Assembly (NCBI GenBank): GCA_050115915.1
Contig: JASFPP010000002.1
Location: 3,299-67,298, forward strand
DNA from: Candidatus Aminicenantes bacterium
GTDB lineage: Bacteria; Acidobacteriota; Aminicenantia; Aminicenantales; Aminicenantaceae
Direction: 5' to 3'
DNA: 64,000 nt
The notes below the pieces were generated by a model. That model ran no database searches and had not been told where the DNA came from. It was given only the letters and a program-made list of their open reading frames with translations. The position numbers and the translations under genes were made by a program. Within the stretch, counting starts at the first letter, position 1; each line of letters starts with the position of its first letter. Positions 27,982 through 37,030 of this stretch are shown piece by piece.

Positions 27982-28692
27982 ATGAGACTTGCAGTCAATG
28001 TGGATCATTTTGCAACCTTAAGAGAAGCCCGGCGCAGTGATGAACCAGAACCTGTGCTGGCGGCTCTCCTGGCCGAGCTTGCCGGTGCAGAAGGGATCGT
28101 CTGCCATATAAGAGGAGACCGAAGACACATCAAGGAAAGGGATCTATTCCTTTTCAAGAAGGCCTTGAAGACGAAGCTCAACATCGAAATGGCTGCCACA
28201 GAAGAGATGAAGGGAATCGCTCTGGATGTTCAACCCGATGTCGTCTCCCTCGTTCCCGAAAGGGATGAAGAGCTGACGACAGAAGGGGGTCTGGATGTCG
28301 CCGGCAACAAGGAATACCTGAAGACTCATATCGAGGATCTCCAAAAAGCGGGAATAATAGTGAGTATTTTTGTCGACCCGGATATGGACCAGATCACAGC
28401 ATGCAAGGATGTGGGGACGAACCTTATCGAGATTAACACGTCCAAATATTCCGAGCTCAAACCTGGCGCGGAGCGCGATGAAGCGCTCCAGGAAGTCCAT
28501 AGAGCCGCCAAACACGCAAGCCATCTGGGGCTGGAAGTTCATGCGGGACACGGCCTGGATTACAAAAATATCGGGCCCATCTCTGCAATTCCCGAGTTTA
28601 AGGAATTCAGTATCGGTTTTTCGATCGTTGCCCGCGCGGCCATAGTCGGTGTCGAGAAAGCAGTCCGGGAAATGGTTGAGCTACTCCAGTAA
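27982..28692 (+). CDS. pdxJ: Pyridoxine 5'-phosphate synthase
   Basis: LAVNVDHFATLREARR, H.R.DRRHI and EVHAGHGL motifs. 236 aa. Confidence 0.9.
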   Translation: MRLAVNVDHFATLREARRSDEPEPVLAALLAELAGAEGIVCHIRGDRRHIKERDLFLFKKALKTKLNIEMAATEEMKGIALDVQPDVVSLVPERDEELTTEGGLDVAGNKEYLKTHIEDLQKAGIIVSIFVDPDMDQITACKDVGTNLIEINTSKYSELKPGAERDEALQEVHRAAKHASHLGLEVHAGHGLDYKNIGPISAIPEFKEFSIGFSIVARAAIVGVEKAVREMVELLQ

Positions 28693-28708
28693 ACGCAGTC
28701 ATAAACAG

Positions 28709-29929
28709 ATGAATATCGATATCGAGAGATTAAAAAAAGACATCGAAGAATTGAGTGAGATCGGCCGCGACCCCAATGGAGGAGTCAGCAGGCCATCCTT
28801 CAGCAAAACGGATCTTGAGGCAAGGCAATGGCTCAAGGAGAGGATAGAGAGTGCGGGTCTCGTTTACGGGCAGGATGGAGCGGGTAACATCTTCGGGCGG
28901 ATCGATGCTCCGGGCAAAGCTGTAATGGCAGGATCCCACATCGATACAGTCATCAACGGAGGCATGTTCGATGGATCTGCAGGTGTCCTTGCGGCCTTGG
29001 AATGCCTGCGCCGGATCAAAGAAGCAAACATCGCCCTCAAAAAACCTGTCGAACTGGCTTCGTTCACCGATGAGGAAGGAAACCTTGTGGGAGATTTTCT
29101 AGGAAGCAGGGCCTTTGTCGGATCCTTGGATCGAAAATTCCTTGAGGAAGGAAAAACACAATTCGGTCCCCCTCTCGCCGAGATACTCAAGAGCACAGAA
29201 TTTTCCATCGAAAGCATCCTGAACGCACATACACAGAGACCAGAGGTCGACACCTTCCTGGAACTCCATATCGAACAGGGTCCTGTGTTGGAGGATGAAG
29301 AAAAATCTATCGGGATCGTGGACAAGATCGCAGGCAAAAATTACTGGTTGTGTTACTTCCTGGGGAGGGCCAGTCATGCGGGAACAACACCTTTTGAGCT
29401 ACGGAAGGATGCATTCCTCGGCCTTTCTGACTTTGCCCTCAAGGCCACACAGTATGTGGCCACTCACCATTATGGCAGTATGGTGACCGTGGGAAAAGTG
29501 GCTGTTCATCCGGGTGCGTTCAGCATCGTTCCCGGCCGCGCCGATTTCTCTCTCGATTTTAGGAGCACATCCAAAGACACGCTGGAGGAGATGGCGCAGT
29601 CCCTGCTCTCTCTCGCCAAAGACACATCCTCCACACGAGGATTAGAATTCCAATCAAAGATTATGGATCAAACAGATCCTGTCGCAATCCCCGATCACAT
29701 CCTCAACATCATGAAGGAAGGATGCCGTGCTCTGGACTATTCCTCGATGTTTCTGCCGAGCGGAGCGGGACACGATGCGCAAATTTTAGCTTCCATAGCC
29801 GATGTGGGCATGATCTTTATTCCCTGTGAGGATGGAATCAGCCATTCCCCCCAAGAGAAGATCAAGTGGGACGATCTGGAGAAGGGGGCAAACCTTTTGC
29901 TCCATGCTCTGATCAAGCTTGCCGCCTGA
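28709..29929 (+). CDS. M20-family Zn-dependent amidohydrolase (allantoate amidohydrolase / N-carbamoyl-L-amino-acid hydrolase type)
   Basis: GSHIDTVINGGMFDGSAGVLAALE and FTDEEG motifs. Preferred start MNIDIERL at 28709. The ORF track start is 28649. Confidence 0.8.
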   Translation: MNIDIERLKKDIEELSEIGRDPNGGVSRPSFSKTDLEARQWLKERIESAGLVYGQDGAGNIFGRIDAPGKAVMAGSHIDTVINGGMFDGSAGVLAALECLRRIKEANIALKKPVELASFTDEEGNLVGDFLGSRAFVGSLDRKFLEEGKTQFGPPLAEILKSTEFSIESILNAHTQRPEVDTFLELHIEQGPVLEDEEKSIGIVDKIAGKNYWLCYFLGRASHAGTTPFELRKDAFLGLSDFALKATQYVATHHYGSMVTVGKVAVHPGAFSIVPGRADFSLDFRSTSKDTLEEMAQSLLSLAKDTSSTRGLEFQSKIMDQTDPVAIPDHILNIMKEGCRALDYSSMFLPSGAGHDAQILASIADVGMIFIPCEDGISHSPQEKIKWDDLEKGANLLLHALIKLAA

Positions 29930-29956
29930 GGGAAAGTTCGCCGATCTTAGGGGGAT

Positions 29957-30382
29957 TTATCCGTTTAAATCATCCACTGAAGGACGGAATCGGCGATCGG
30001 CTTTTTTTTGAGATTGCTTTTTCTTCTCCTCCAGCATTTTCATCTTGGCTCTTTTGGAACGCTTCCTCTTCTGACGACGGATCTTTTCGATCCTTTGCTG
30101 CTCTTCGCTTTCCTCCCCCAGGATCTTGGCTTCGATCTTATCCGCAAGGATCCTCCGCGCATGATACCTGTTCAAACTCTGGTATCTTTCTTTCTGGCAT
30201 TTGACTTCGATCTCTGTGGGCATGTGTTTGAGATAGACACAGGTCGACGTTTTGTTAACCTTCTGGCCTCCGTGTCCGCTGGAGCGAATAAACTTCTCGA
30301 CAAGGTCATCTTCACGAATGCCCAGGCGCTCCATTTTTGCGCGAAGGGTTTCCTCCTTTTTCGGGCTCACACCAAACGTCAT
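29957..30382 (-). CDS. GGQ (RF-1 domain) protein with a basic tail, ArfB-like ribosome rescue factor or peptidyl-tRNA hydrolase
   Basis: SSGHGGQKVNKTSTCVYLKH motif and a Lys/Arg-rich C-terminus. Preferred start MTFGVSPKK at 30382. Confidence 0.7.
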   Translation of the reverse strand: MTFGVSPKKEETLRAKMERLGIREDDLVEKFIRSSGHGGQKVNKTSTCVYLKHMPTEIEVKCQKERYQSLNRYHARRILADKIEAKILGEESEEQQRIEKIRRQKRKRSKRAKMKMLEEKKKQSQKKADRRFRPSVDDLNG

Positions 30383-30578
30383 TATGCTCCTATTATCAGT
30401 CGAAAAAGAGAAAAATGCAAAAATGCAATCGACTGGAAGCATTTCGCAATCCGTGATGACGGGAGTTGAAATGTCCTTCATCATGGTTTTGGGTATGTAT
30501 CGATTGTGCATCTTGCGCTTTCATATGAATTTGTATACACTCACTATCCGCCAAACAAAAAAACATACGGAAAGGAAA

Positions 30579-32249
30579 ATGTCGATGAAATCAAAAGGGC
30601 AATATATCTTATTGTTTGGTTTACTCTGTTTTGGCATTGCTTCTGTTATCTATCCAATTCACTCCTCAGAGACAACCGGAACCGAACTGCAAACCGTAGC
30701 CGAATCCAGCGATTTTCGCGCGACCTCCAGGTATAGGGATGTTATGGAGTTCGTCAGCACGCTCAAAGGATTGAGCCCATCGCTTCGCCTGGAAACTCTG
30801 TGTATCAGCGCAGAAGGCCGAGAAGTCCCTCTTCTCATTCTTGGCACGCCTCCCCCGACCGCTCCACAGGAACTCAGGCATGACAAAAGGCTCGTGGTCT
30901 ATATCCAGGCGAATATCCATGCGGGTGAAGTGGAGGGTAAAGAAGCTTCGCTCATGCTGGCAAGAGACATCCTCCTTGAGAAGGATCACCCTTATTTGGA
31001 TAGATTGGTCATTCTTATTGCGCCGATCTTTAACGCAGATGGCAATGAAAAGATCAGCAAAGAGAACAGGAGAAACCAGGTAGGCCCGGAGGAAGGCGTG
31101 GGCGTCCGGTATAACGGACAAAATCTCGACCTGAATAGGGACGGGATCAAGATGGAGAGCCCCGAGATCCAGGGCTTGGCCCGTAACGTACTCAACCGCT
31201 GGGATCCTGTCCTGCTTGTCGACTGCCACACTACAAACGGGTCTTATCACAGGGAGCCGGTCACCTATGTATGGCCGCTGAACCCGAACGGAGACCTGTC
31301 GCTGATCAAACATCAAAGAGAAACCATGATGCCCTGGGTGAATAAAACATTGAAGGATAAATACAACACACTGTCCATCCCCTACGGGAATTTTATGGAC
31401 TTTAAAGATCCGGAAAAGGGTTGGCGGCCCGCCGGCCCCCAGTGTCGCTACATCACCAACTACATCGGCCTGCGAAACAGGATGGCCCTGCTGCTGGAAA
31501 ACTATGCATACGCAGATTATAAAACGAGAGTCCTGGGGAATTACCATTTTCTCCGGGCGGTACTCGATTACTGCCATGCCTACAGCACAGAGATCCTACA
31601 ACTCATCCAGGAAGCGGACAAAGGGATGATACAGAAAGGAACAAACCCCGAGGCAACGGATACTTTTGCCACCAGCTATGAACTGAAGCCGCTCAAGGAA
31701 CCCATCACGATCATCGGGTGGGAGATGAAACCCAATCCTGAGCCTGGGGTCTACCCAAGATACATAAAAACAGACATCGAAAAAACCTTCACGGTTTCGT
31801 ATTTCTGCGACTACATCCCAAAGACGAGCATTCGATTCCCCTTTGCCTACCTGTTGACGGTAAACGACGCGGACCTCGTCACCAAGCTCGATCAACATGG
31901 AATTTTGGTTGAAAAACTCATAACTCCAAAAACACTGGAGGTTGAATCATTCAAGATCACAGAGGTCAAAGGCGCGGAAAGGCTCTACCAGGGTCACCGC
32001 ATGAACACGATCAAAGGTGAATACGCCCTCGAGACAAAAGGCTTTCCCGCCGGGACTCTCCTCATCCGGACTGCGCAGCCTTTGGGCAATTTAGCGGCCT
32101 ATCTTTTAGAAGCCGAGAGCGACGACGGCCTTCTGGTATGGAATTACTTTGATAAATACATCGTTCCGCAGTGGCGGCGCGGAACCCAAACATACCCCGT
32201 GTACCGTCTGCTGAAGCCTGTCACACTCCCGACACAAACGGTGCACTGA
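30579..32249 (+). CDS. Secreted M14-family zinc carboxypeptidase
   Basis: Signal peptide after MSMKSKGQY. Zinc motif ANIHAGEVEGKEA, then LDLNRD and DCHTTNG. Confidence 0.8.
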   Translation: MSMKSKGQYILLFGLLCFGIASVIYPIHSSETTGTELQTVAESSDFRATSRYRDVMEFVSTLKGLSPSLRLETLCISAEGREVPLLILGTPPPTAPQELRHDKRLVVYIQANIHAGEVEGKEASLMLARDILLEKDHPYLDRLVILIAPIFNADGNEKISKENRRNQVGPEEGVGVRYNGQNLDLNRDGIKMESPEIQGLARNVLNRWDPVLLVDCHTTNGSYHREPVTYVWPLNPNGDLSLIKHQRETMMPWVNKTLKDKYNTLSIPYGNFMDFKDPEKGWRPAGPQCRYITNYIGLRNRMALLLENYAYADYKTRVLGNYHFLRAVLDYCHAYSTEILQLIQEADKGMIQKGTNPEATDTFATSYELKPLKEPITIIGWEMKPNPEPGVYPRYIKTDIEKTFTVSYFCDYIPKTSIRFPFAYLLTVNDADLVTKLDQHGILVEKLITPKTLEVESFKITEVKGAERLYQGHRMNTIKGEYALETKGFPAGTLLIRTAQPLGNLAAYLLEAESDDGLLVWNYFDKYIVPQWRRGTQTYPVYRLLKPVTLPTQTVH

Positions 32250-32321
32250 ATATACAGGCCTTTTTCTGTGTCCTGAAATCCAAGGATTCAGTCAGAATCC
32301 CGGAGCGATGGAGAGAGTGTA

Positions 32322-33143
32322 TTACTTGGCCTTCTTTTTTGCCACGAGATATTTGCCACAGTTTTCACAGACATAGATATCATCGCTGCCTTCGATGGCC
32401 GAGCGCATCCCTGTGGCGACGTTGATAAAACAACCCTGGCAGGCCCCATCATCGAGCTCAGCGACGGCAAAACCATAACGCTCCATAAGCTTGTCGAACC
32501 TGTCCAAGAGAGCGCTATCGAGCTCATCCCGGATCAGGCTGGCTTGTCTCTGGAGTTCTTTCTTCTTGGTCTTATCTGCCTTTTTCATCTGCATCTCTAT
32601 CTTTTGCAGCTTCCAGAGAAGTCTGGCCCGGCTTATGATCTTATCCGCCGGAGGAAGGAGTGTCAGTTCCACCTCACAGAGAATATCATGTAGCTCTTTC
32701 TTGCTCTTTGCATTAAAAATCCTTTCTCTGAATTTTGGCTTGATCAAAAACTGCGCCAATCCCGCAAAAAGATGGTTAAAAAGGCCGGGAATAGAAGGAT
32801 TCCATACGATGAGAATGATGAGGTGGACTTTTTTGTCGTCAACCGCATCGAAATCCAATCCTTCCTTCGACCGACCGACAACAACAGCGATATCCCCCCC
32901 TGTGTTTAACCGTGCATGAGGAAGTGCAATACCATGCCCGATGGCCGTCGTGACCAGGCGCTCTCTATCGATGATCCGGGTGAGGACGGGTTTTTTGTTC
33001 TCTATGTATTTAAGCTTGACCAAAACATCCAGGAGTTCTTCCAGCGCCTGGATCTTATCGGTCGCCTTGAGGTTATAGATGACCTGCTCGACCTTTAAAT
33101 ATTCACAAAAATATGCGTGTTTGGGAGTACTTTCTTTCTCCAT
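32322..33143 (-). CDS. Fusion of a PtsN-type PTS EIIA domain with a coiled-coil and C4 zinc-ribbon (DUF164/HP0958-type) domain
   Basis: The N-half has the EIIA(Ntr/Fru) motif RERLVTTAIGHGIALPHARL. The C-half is a Lys/Glu-rich coil followed by ACQGCFINV...YVCENCGKYLV. Confidence 0.75.
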   Translation of the reverse strand: MEKESTPKHAYFCEYLKVEQVIYNLKATDKIQALEELLDVLVKLKYIENKKPVLTRIIDRERLVTTAIGHGIALPHARLNTGGDIAVVVGRSKEGLDFDAVDDKKVHLIILIVWNPSIPGLFNHLFAGLAQFLIKPKFRERIFNAKSKKELHDILCEVELTLLPPADKIISRARLLWKLQKIEMQMKKADKTKKKELQRQASLIRDELDSALLDRFDKLMERYGFAVAELDDGACQGCFINVATGMRSAIEGSDDIYVCENCGKYLVAKKKAK

Positions 33144-33215
33144 TGAAGATTATTCTAACACAAACTGAATTGTCTAAAAAGATAAAAATAAGAATTGGAT
33201 GTTTTTGAGAGTGAA

Positions 33216-33231
33216 GTTTTTCCGGAAAAAC
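33216..33231 (-). terminator. Perfect palindrome GTTTTTCCGGAAAAAC downstream of the PfkB-family gene
   Basis: 16-nt perfect inverted repeat with an A/T tract, 13 nt past the stop at 33244. Confidence 0.35.
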
Positions 33232-33243
33232 AAGCTGTGGTTA

Positions 33244-34164
33244 TTAAAGACCTTTGATAGCCCGACGAATCAGATCGAATGTCTCTCCAACACCTTTGAC
33301 TGTTGTTGCCCGTGTAGCAAGCTCCACGCCGGCTTTAGCAGCAGAAAAAAGATCCATGCCGTCCGCTAACTCCTTGACGGTGGCCGCGCAAAACACATCC
33401 CCACAGCCTGTGGTGTCTTTGACTTTGGCCGCAAGGGATGGGACAAGGAGCCGATCGTGCTCAGGAGTTATAACCCGAACGCCATCTCTCCCCAGTGTGA
33501 GGAACACGGCCTGGAGCCCCAGGTTGAAAGCGCTCTGTCCGAAGAGTTCGATCTCTTTGGCGGGAAGGTCCTGTCCTATTCGGCCCAGGAGGCACCCTAA
33601 CTCCGCTCTATTGAGCTGAAGATAGGTCACTCCTCTGGCCCAATCTTTCCAGGGGACTTCGGAGAGAAATTTCCTGGGCGTCTTCAATTCTCTCGAAAGG
33701 ACGAGCGAGTGAATATCCAGCCAGATAGGACAATCTGCCGCATCTACAACCCTTCTCCAGTCGGAAAGAATGATATCAAATCCGGAATTGACTACAAAAA
33801 CAAGCATGCGGAGACGGTTCAATCGCGCGAGAACTCCCTGAGGGTCGAGGGGAGGCACAACGGAGTTGAGGATTTCCTGTCTTTCTCCCATTTTCGGATA
33901 GTACAGATGAACCTGATTTCCTGGACCCGGAACATACCGAATTCCTTCGTCATGGAAAGTGTCCCAACGGACTGTGGCTCTCCCCACAGGACCGACAAGA
34001 TCTCTCCCCAGATTTGTAAAGAGAAGGACATGTTTTTCCAGTGCCGAAAGAACCGAAGCCTGGTAGAGAATGCCCCCGAGACCACGATAGACATCCCCTG
34101 CATCTGAAGTGATCTTATCGAATGTAACCGTCCCGATCAAACCGATTTCCAACTTTTCCCTCAT
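33244..34164 (-). CDS. PfkB-family carbohydrate kinase
   Basis: C-terminal DTTGCGDVFCAA motif (PfkB signature 2) and an N-terminal Gly-rich lid (GGILYQA). Confidence 0.8.
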   Translation of the reverse strand: MREKLEIGLIGTVTFDKITSDAGDVYRGLGGILYQASVLSALEKHVLLFTNLGRDLVGPVGRATVRWDTFHDEGIRYVPGPGNQVHLYYPKMGERQEILNSVVPPLDPQGVLARLNRLRMLVFVVNSGFDIILSDWRRVVDAADCPIWLDIHSLVLSRELKTPRKFLSEVPWKDWARGVTYLQLNRAELGCLLGRIGQDLPAKEIELFGQSAFNLGLQAVFLTLGRDGVRVITPEHDRLLVPSLAAKVKDTTGCGDVFCAATVKELADGMDLFSAAKAGVELATRATTVKGVGETFDLIRRAIKGL

Positions 34165-34223
34165 CGCTGAGATACCAATTTGTCTGAGAATGTGCAGCTA
34201 GCGGACCAAGATTAACGTAGGAT

Positions 34224-35288
34224 TTAGCCGAGCTCGACCTTTTCTAGCTCGATCCTCTCCAGATCACCAACGCCTACTCCCTTTTTTGCAGCCAAATCGA
34301 TATGATCGATAGGACGGCCCTCTTCCCGGAGTGTGCGATAGGCTCTGGACCTGCGTTCAGTCTGTATCGTTTTCAAGCCGACAGCATCCAGGGCGACAGG
34401 GTCAGAGCTCAACCAGATAGTCTTTGGCGTAAAGAGCGACCTCAAGTTTCTTGGCCGCGGGCCGCGATCATAACAGGCTTCGAGTCCATCCAGGATATGG
34501 AGCACGACTTTTTTCTTGACCTCGGGAAGCGCGCAAAAATCCGCGATAAAAGGCCCGATATGCTCAGGACCATGAAAACGGGCATTGTTCTCACACAATC
34601 CGTAGGCAAGGTTCTTCAGGCTAAGAGTCACACCGGATAAACCATGGTCTTTGAGGATCGGCATATTGATGATCTTATCGCATTCCTGGGTGAATATTCG
34701 AGAGAAATAGGAATCGGTTCCCCCTTCCTCCCTCTTTTCCGGATTGTCATGCTCCGAAGAATAAACGACATCTTTATCCAGGCGCTCCGAAATCAGCTCA
34801 TCTTCGGGGATGGTCCCATAACATCGTACCCCTTCGCCGGTGGTGTTGAATTCGAATTCACAAGCGGACATGTGTTTTTCGAATCGATCCCACACCAAAA
34901 TGTTGTTTGCCTTGATACCGAATTCTATGAGTTCATCCGCAACTGCACGTATGAGTTCGTGATGGGTGAATAATAGAGGACGGCCTAAAGTGTTTATTTT
35001 AAGCCCGACCTTATCTTTGGGATTCAGGAACTCTGCCCAAGGATTCTCCGAGCGGGTCAATCTCTCAATCCCTTCTCTTATCATGGATCTGACAATCTCT
35101 CCATCCAGTATCCGTCCTGCTTGAACAGCTTCTGGGTGTCTAACTTCAACGACTTTTGCGGTTCGTGAGTCCTGGGCGCCAAGTCTTAAACCCGATTGAA
35201 GAGCAACCCCCGCGCCCAAAACCGCAGTGGAACTTTTTTTGATAAATTCACGTCGATCGATTCTTTTTCTCACTCTTTCCTCCAACAT
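34224..35288 (-). CDS. TAT-signal DUF362-domain protein (paralog 1)
   Basis: Twin-arginine motif DRREFIKKSSTAVLGAG followed by a DUF362-like core (KVGLKINTLG..., MPILKDHG). The start is uncertain (35288, 35312 or 35492). Confidence 0.7.
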   Translation of the reverse strand: MLEERVRKRIDRREFIKKSSTAVLGAGVALQSGLRLGAQDSRTAKVVEVRHPEAVQAGRILDGEIVRSMIREGIERLTRSENPWAEFLNPKDKVGLKINTLGRPLLFTHHELIRAVADELIEFGIKANNILVWDRFEKHMSACEFEFNTTGEGVRCYGTIPEDELISERLDKDVVYSSEHDNPEKREEGGTDSYFSRIFTQECDKIINMPILKDHGLSGVTLSLKNLAYGLCENNARFHGPEHIGPFIADFCALPEVKKKVVLHILDGLEACYDRGPRPRNLRSLFTPKTIWLSSDPVALDAVGLKTIQTERRSRAYRTLREEGRPIDHIDLAAKKGVGVGDLERIELEKVELG

Positions 35289-35515
35289 TTCAGAATACAC
35301 TATTATTCTCATCAACTCAATATAATTTCCGGCCAGGAGTCCGAAACGCTGTTTTGGGTGTTCCGCTCGCGAGGTGGAGGTCATCGTATGGAGGGCTCTG
35401 TGCGGATAGGGCACATTGAGGAGCATATTCCCAATACGTGCCGTTTGAGAAACGATCCCTACAGAGGATTTCATTCCCTTATCCATCGCCATTTTCGGAA
35501 AACCCCTATTAAAAG

Positions 35516-35544
35516 TTGACGGCAGGAAATGATTGGAATAGTAT
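35516..35544 (+). promoter_or_regulatory. Sigma-70-like promoter (TTGACG-17-TAGTAT)
   Basis: -35 at 35516-35521 and -10 at 35539-35544, 43 nt upstream of the GTG start at 35587. Confidence 0.4.
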
Positions 35545-35586
35545 AGAAATCATCAAGCACTCACTGCTAAAGAGAAGGAGAGCGCC

Positions 35587-36216
35587 GTGAAACATACAAC
35601 AAGACTTATTCTGTCGCTGGCCCTATTATTCCTGGTTTTTAGTACCTGGGAACCTCTTGCTGCCGAACAGGCGGATTCGCCTAAAGCAGAGCTTCCTGTG
35701 ATCGTGACATCGTGCGGGCAGAGTCCTGGGGCAACAATGCTGAAGGTTATTTTTATGAGGATGAAGCTTGAGCACCAGCCCAAGGCTTTCGCAATCAAGG
35801 AACTGGCCACTGCATCTGATCTCAAAGCAGCGAAAGAAGCGGGAACTCCCTATAAATCCATAATCATTGTGATGGGGGCAAGCCTTAAAGGAATGGGAGC
35901 TGCGGGGATTTCTATGGATGACGAGATCTCCCGAACCGAAGCGCTCATCGCAGAGGCTCGTAATCAAGGGATCAAGATCATAGGTGCTCATATCGAAGGC
36001 ATTAAGAGGCGCGCACAAGGGGCTGCCACCGGAGACAACACGGACGAACAGAGCATCGATACGGTTGCGCCCAACTCTCAAATCCTCATCGTCCGTAAGG
36101 ACGGGAATGAAGACCACCGATTCACCATAATCGCCGATGACAAAGACATTCCACTTATTCTCGTTGAGAAAAACCTAGACCTCATCCCGGAACTCCAGAA
36201 AATCTTTGTGGACTAG
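35587..36216 (+). CDS. Secreted hypothetical protein (209 aa)
   Basis: GTG start with a GAAGGAGAG ribosome-binding site. Signal peptide. Rossmann-like alternation (VIVTSCGQSPGA..., IIIVMGASLKGMG). No confident family. Confidence 0.6.
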   Translation: MKHTTRLILSLALLFLVFSTWEPLAAEQADSPKAELPVIVTSCGQSPGATMLKVIFMRMKLEHQPKAFAIKELATASDLKAAKEAGTPYKSIIIVMGASLKGMGAAGISMDDEISRTEALIAEARNQGIKIIGAHIEGIKRRAQGAATGDNTDEQSIDTVAPNSQILIVRKDGNEDHRFTIIADDKDIPLILVEKNLDLIPELQKIFVD

Positions 36217-36289
36217 ATTTTTTTAAGCGATACTTTCTGTTAAAATAACAGCGGTATCCTGTTTGAGCTCTGCAGGGGACAGAGAGATA

Positions 36290-36314
36290 AAAAGAGTGCG
36301 GAATCCGCTCTTTT
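36290..36314 (+). terminator. Rho-independent-type terminator after the 209-aa gene
   Basis: AAAAGAGtgCGGaatCCGCTCTTTT, a GC stem flanked by an A tract and a T tract. Confidence 0.45.
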
Positions 36315-36378
36315 GACCGACTAAAGGTATAAAGCCGTTTGAACGCATGAATTCGACCAAGATGCGGAAGAGAACACT

Positions 36379-36966
36379 ATGCCAGATATTTTAGGACAAA
36401 TAACCCTTGTCAACATTCTCAGTGTTCTGCTATTGATCGCCTCCATATGGTTACTTTTGATCATCATTCAGAAAAAAACCGGATACATGTTCAGGGGAAT
36501 GGTTTTTTTCCTTTTTGTGTTGCTGGCCTTGATCTACTTTCAGCAGAGCGACGCGAAAAAGTACACTCTCTCCGATATCAGGTATGCCCTTTTCCCCGTA
36601 AAAAGCCTCATGCTGAATTACCATACTGAGGAGGATTCCCATGTAGGGACCATCGTCCGCTATGTCTTCGACGATCCCAAACCGAGAATACCTGTGTCCA
36701 TGGATAAAAGCGGCAAGTACTTCCATATAACGAATATAACTATTGTCAACGAGATACTCAGCGAGATGAGATTGCCCCGTGTCAAAAAGGGGGCTCAAGA
36801 GCTTGTCTCGATCACAGGTTCAAGCGCACACAAAAACCTCTACCGCTGGGAAGATTATCCCAGAGGGATCCTGCTCCTTGAGCGGACGATTTGCAGAAAC
36901 AGAGAGACCCTCGATACATTCAACTGCCTGGCTGCCATCACCATCAGGAAAAAATACCGCCAATAG
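36379..36966 (+). CDS. Hypothetical membrane protein (2 TM plus a soluble domain)
   Basis: Two N-terminal hydrophobic helices. No recognisable motif. Confidence 0.5.
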   Translation: MPDILGQITLVNILSVLLLIASIWLLLIIIQKKTGYMFRGMVFFLFVLLALIYFQQSDAKKYTLSDIRYALFPVKSLMLNYHTEEDSHVGTIVRYVFDDPKPRIPVSMDKSGKYFHITNITIVNEILSEMRLPRVKKGAQELVSITGSSAHKNLYRWEDYPRGILLLERTICRNRETLDTFNCLAAITIRKKYRQ

Positions 36967-37030
36967 CTTTCCTCTCCTATGGAAATATTGCATTTCCTTA
37001 AGATATCAACTACATTAGAGAATCTGCCCA

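Noticed and set aside
30252-30578. A 109-codon N-terminal extension of the M14 carboxypeptidase ORF that overlaps the divergent GGQ-protein gene
   Set aside because: The extension has no signal peptide or homology and is antisense to a well-supported gene. A start at 30579 gives a normal signal peptide.
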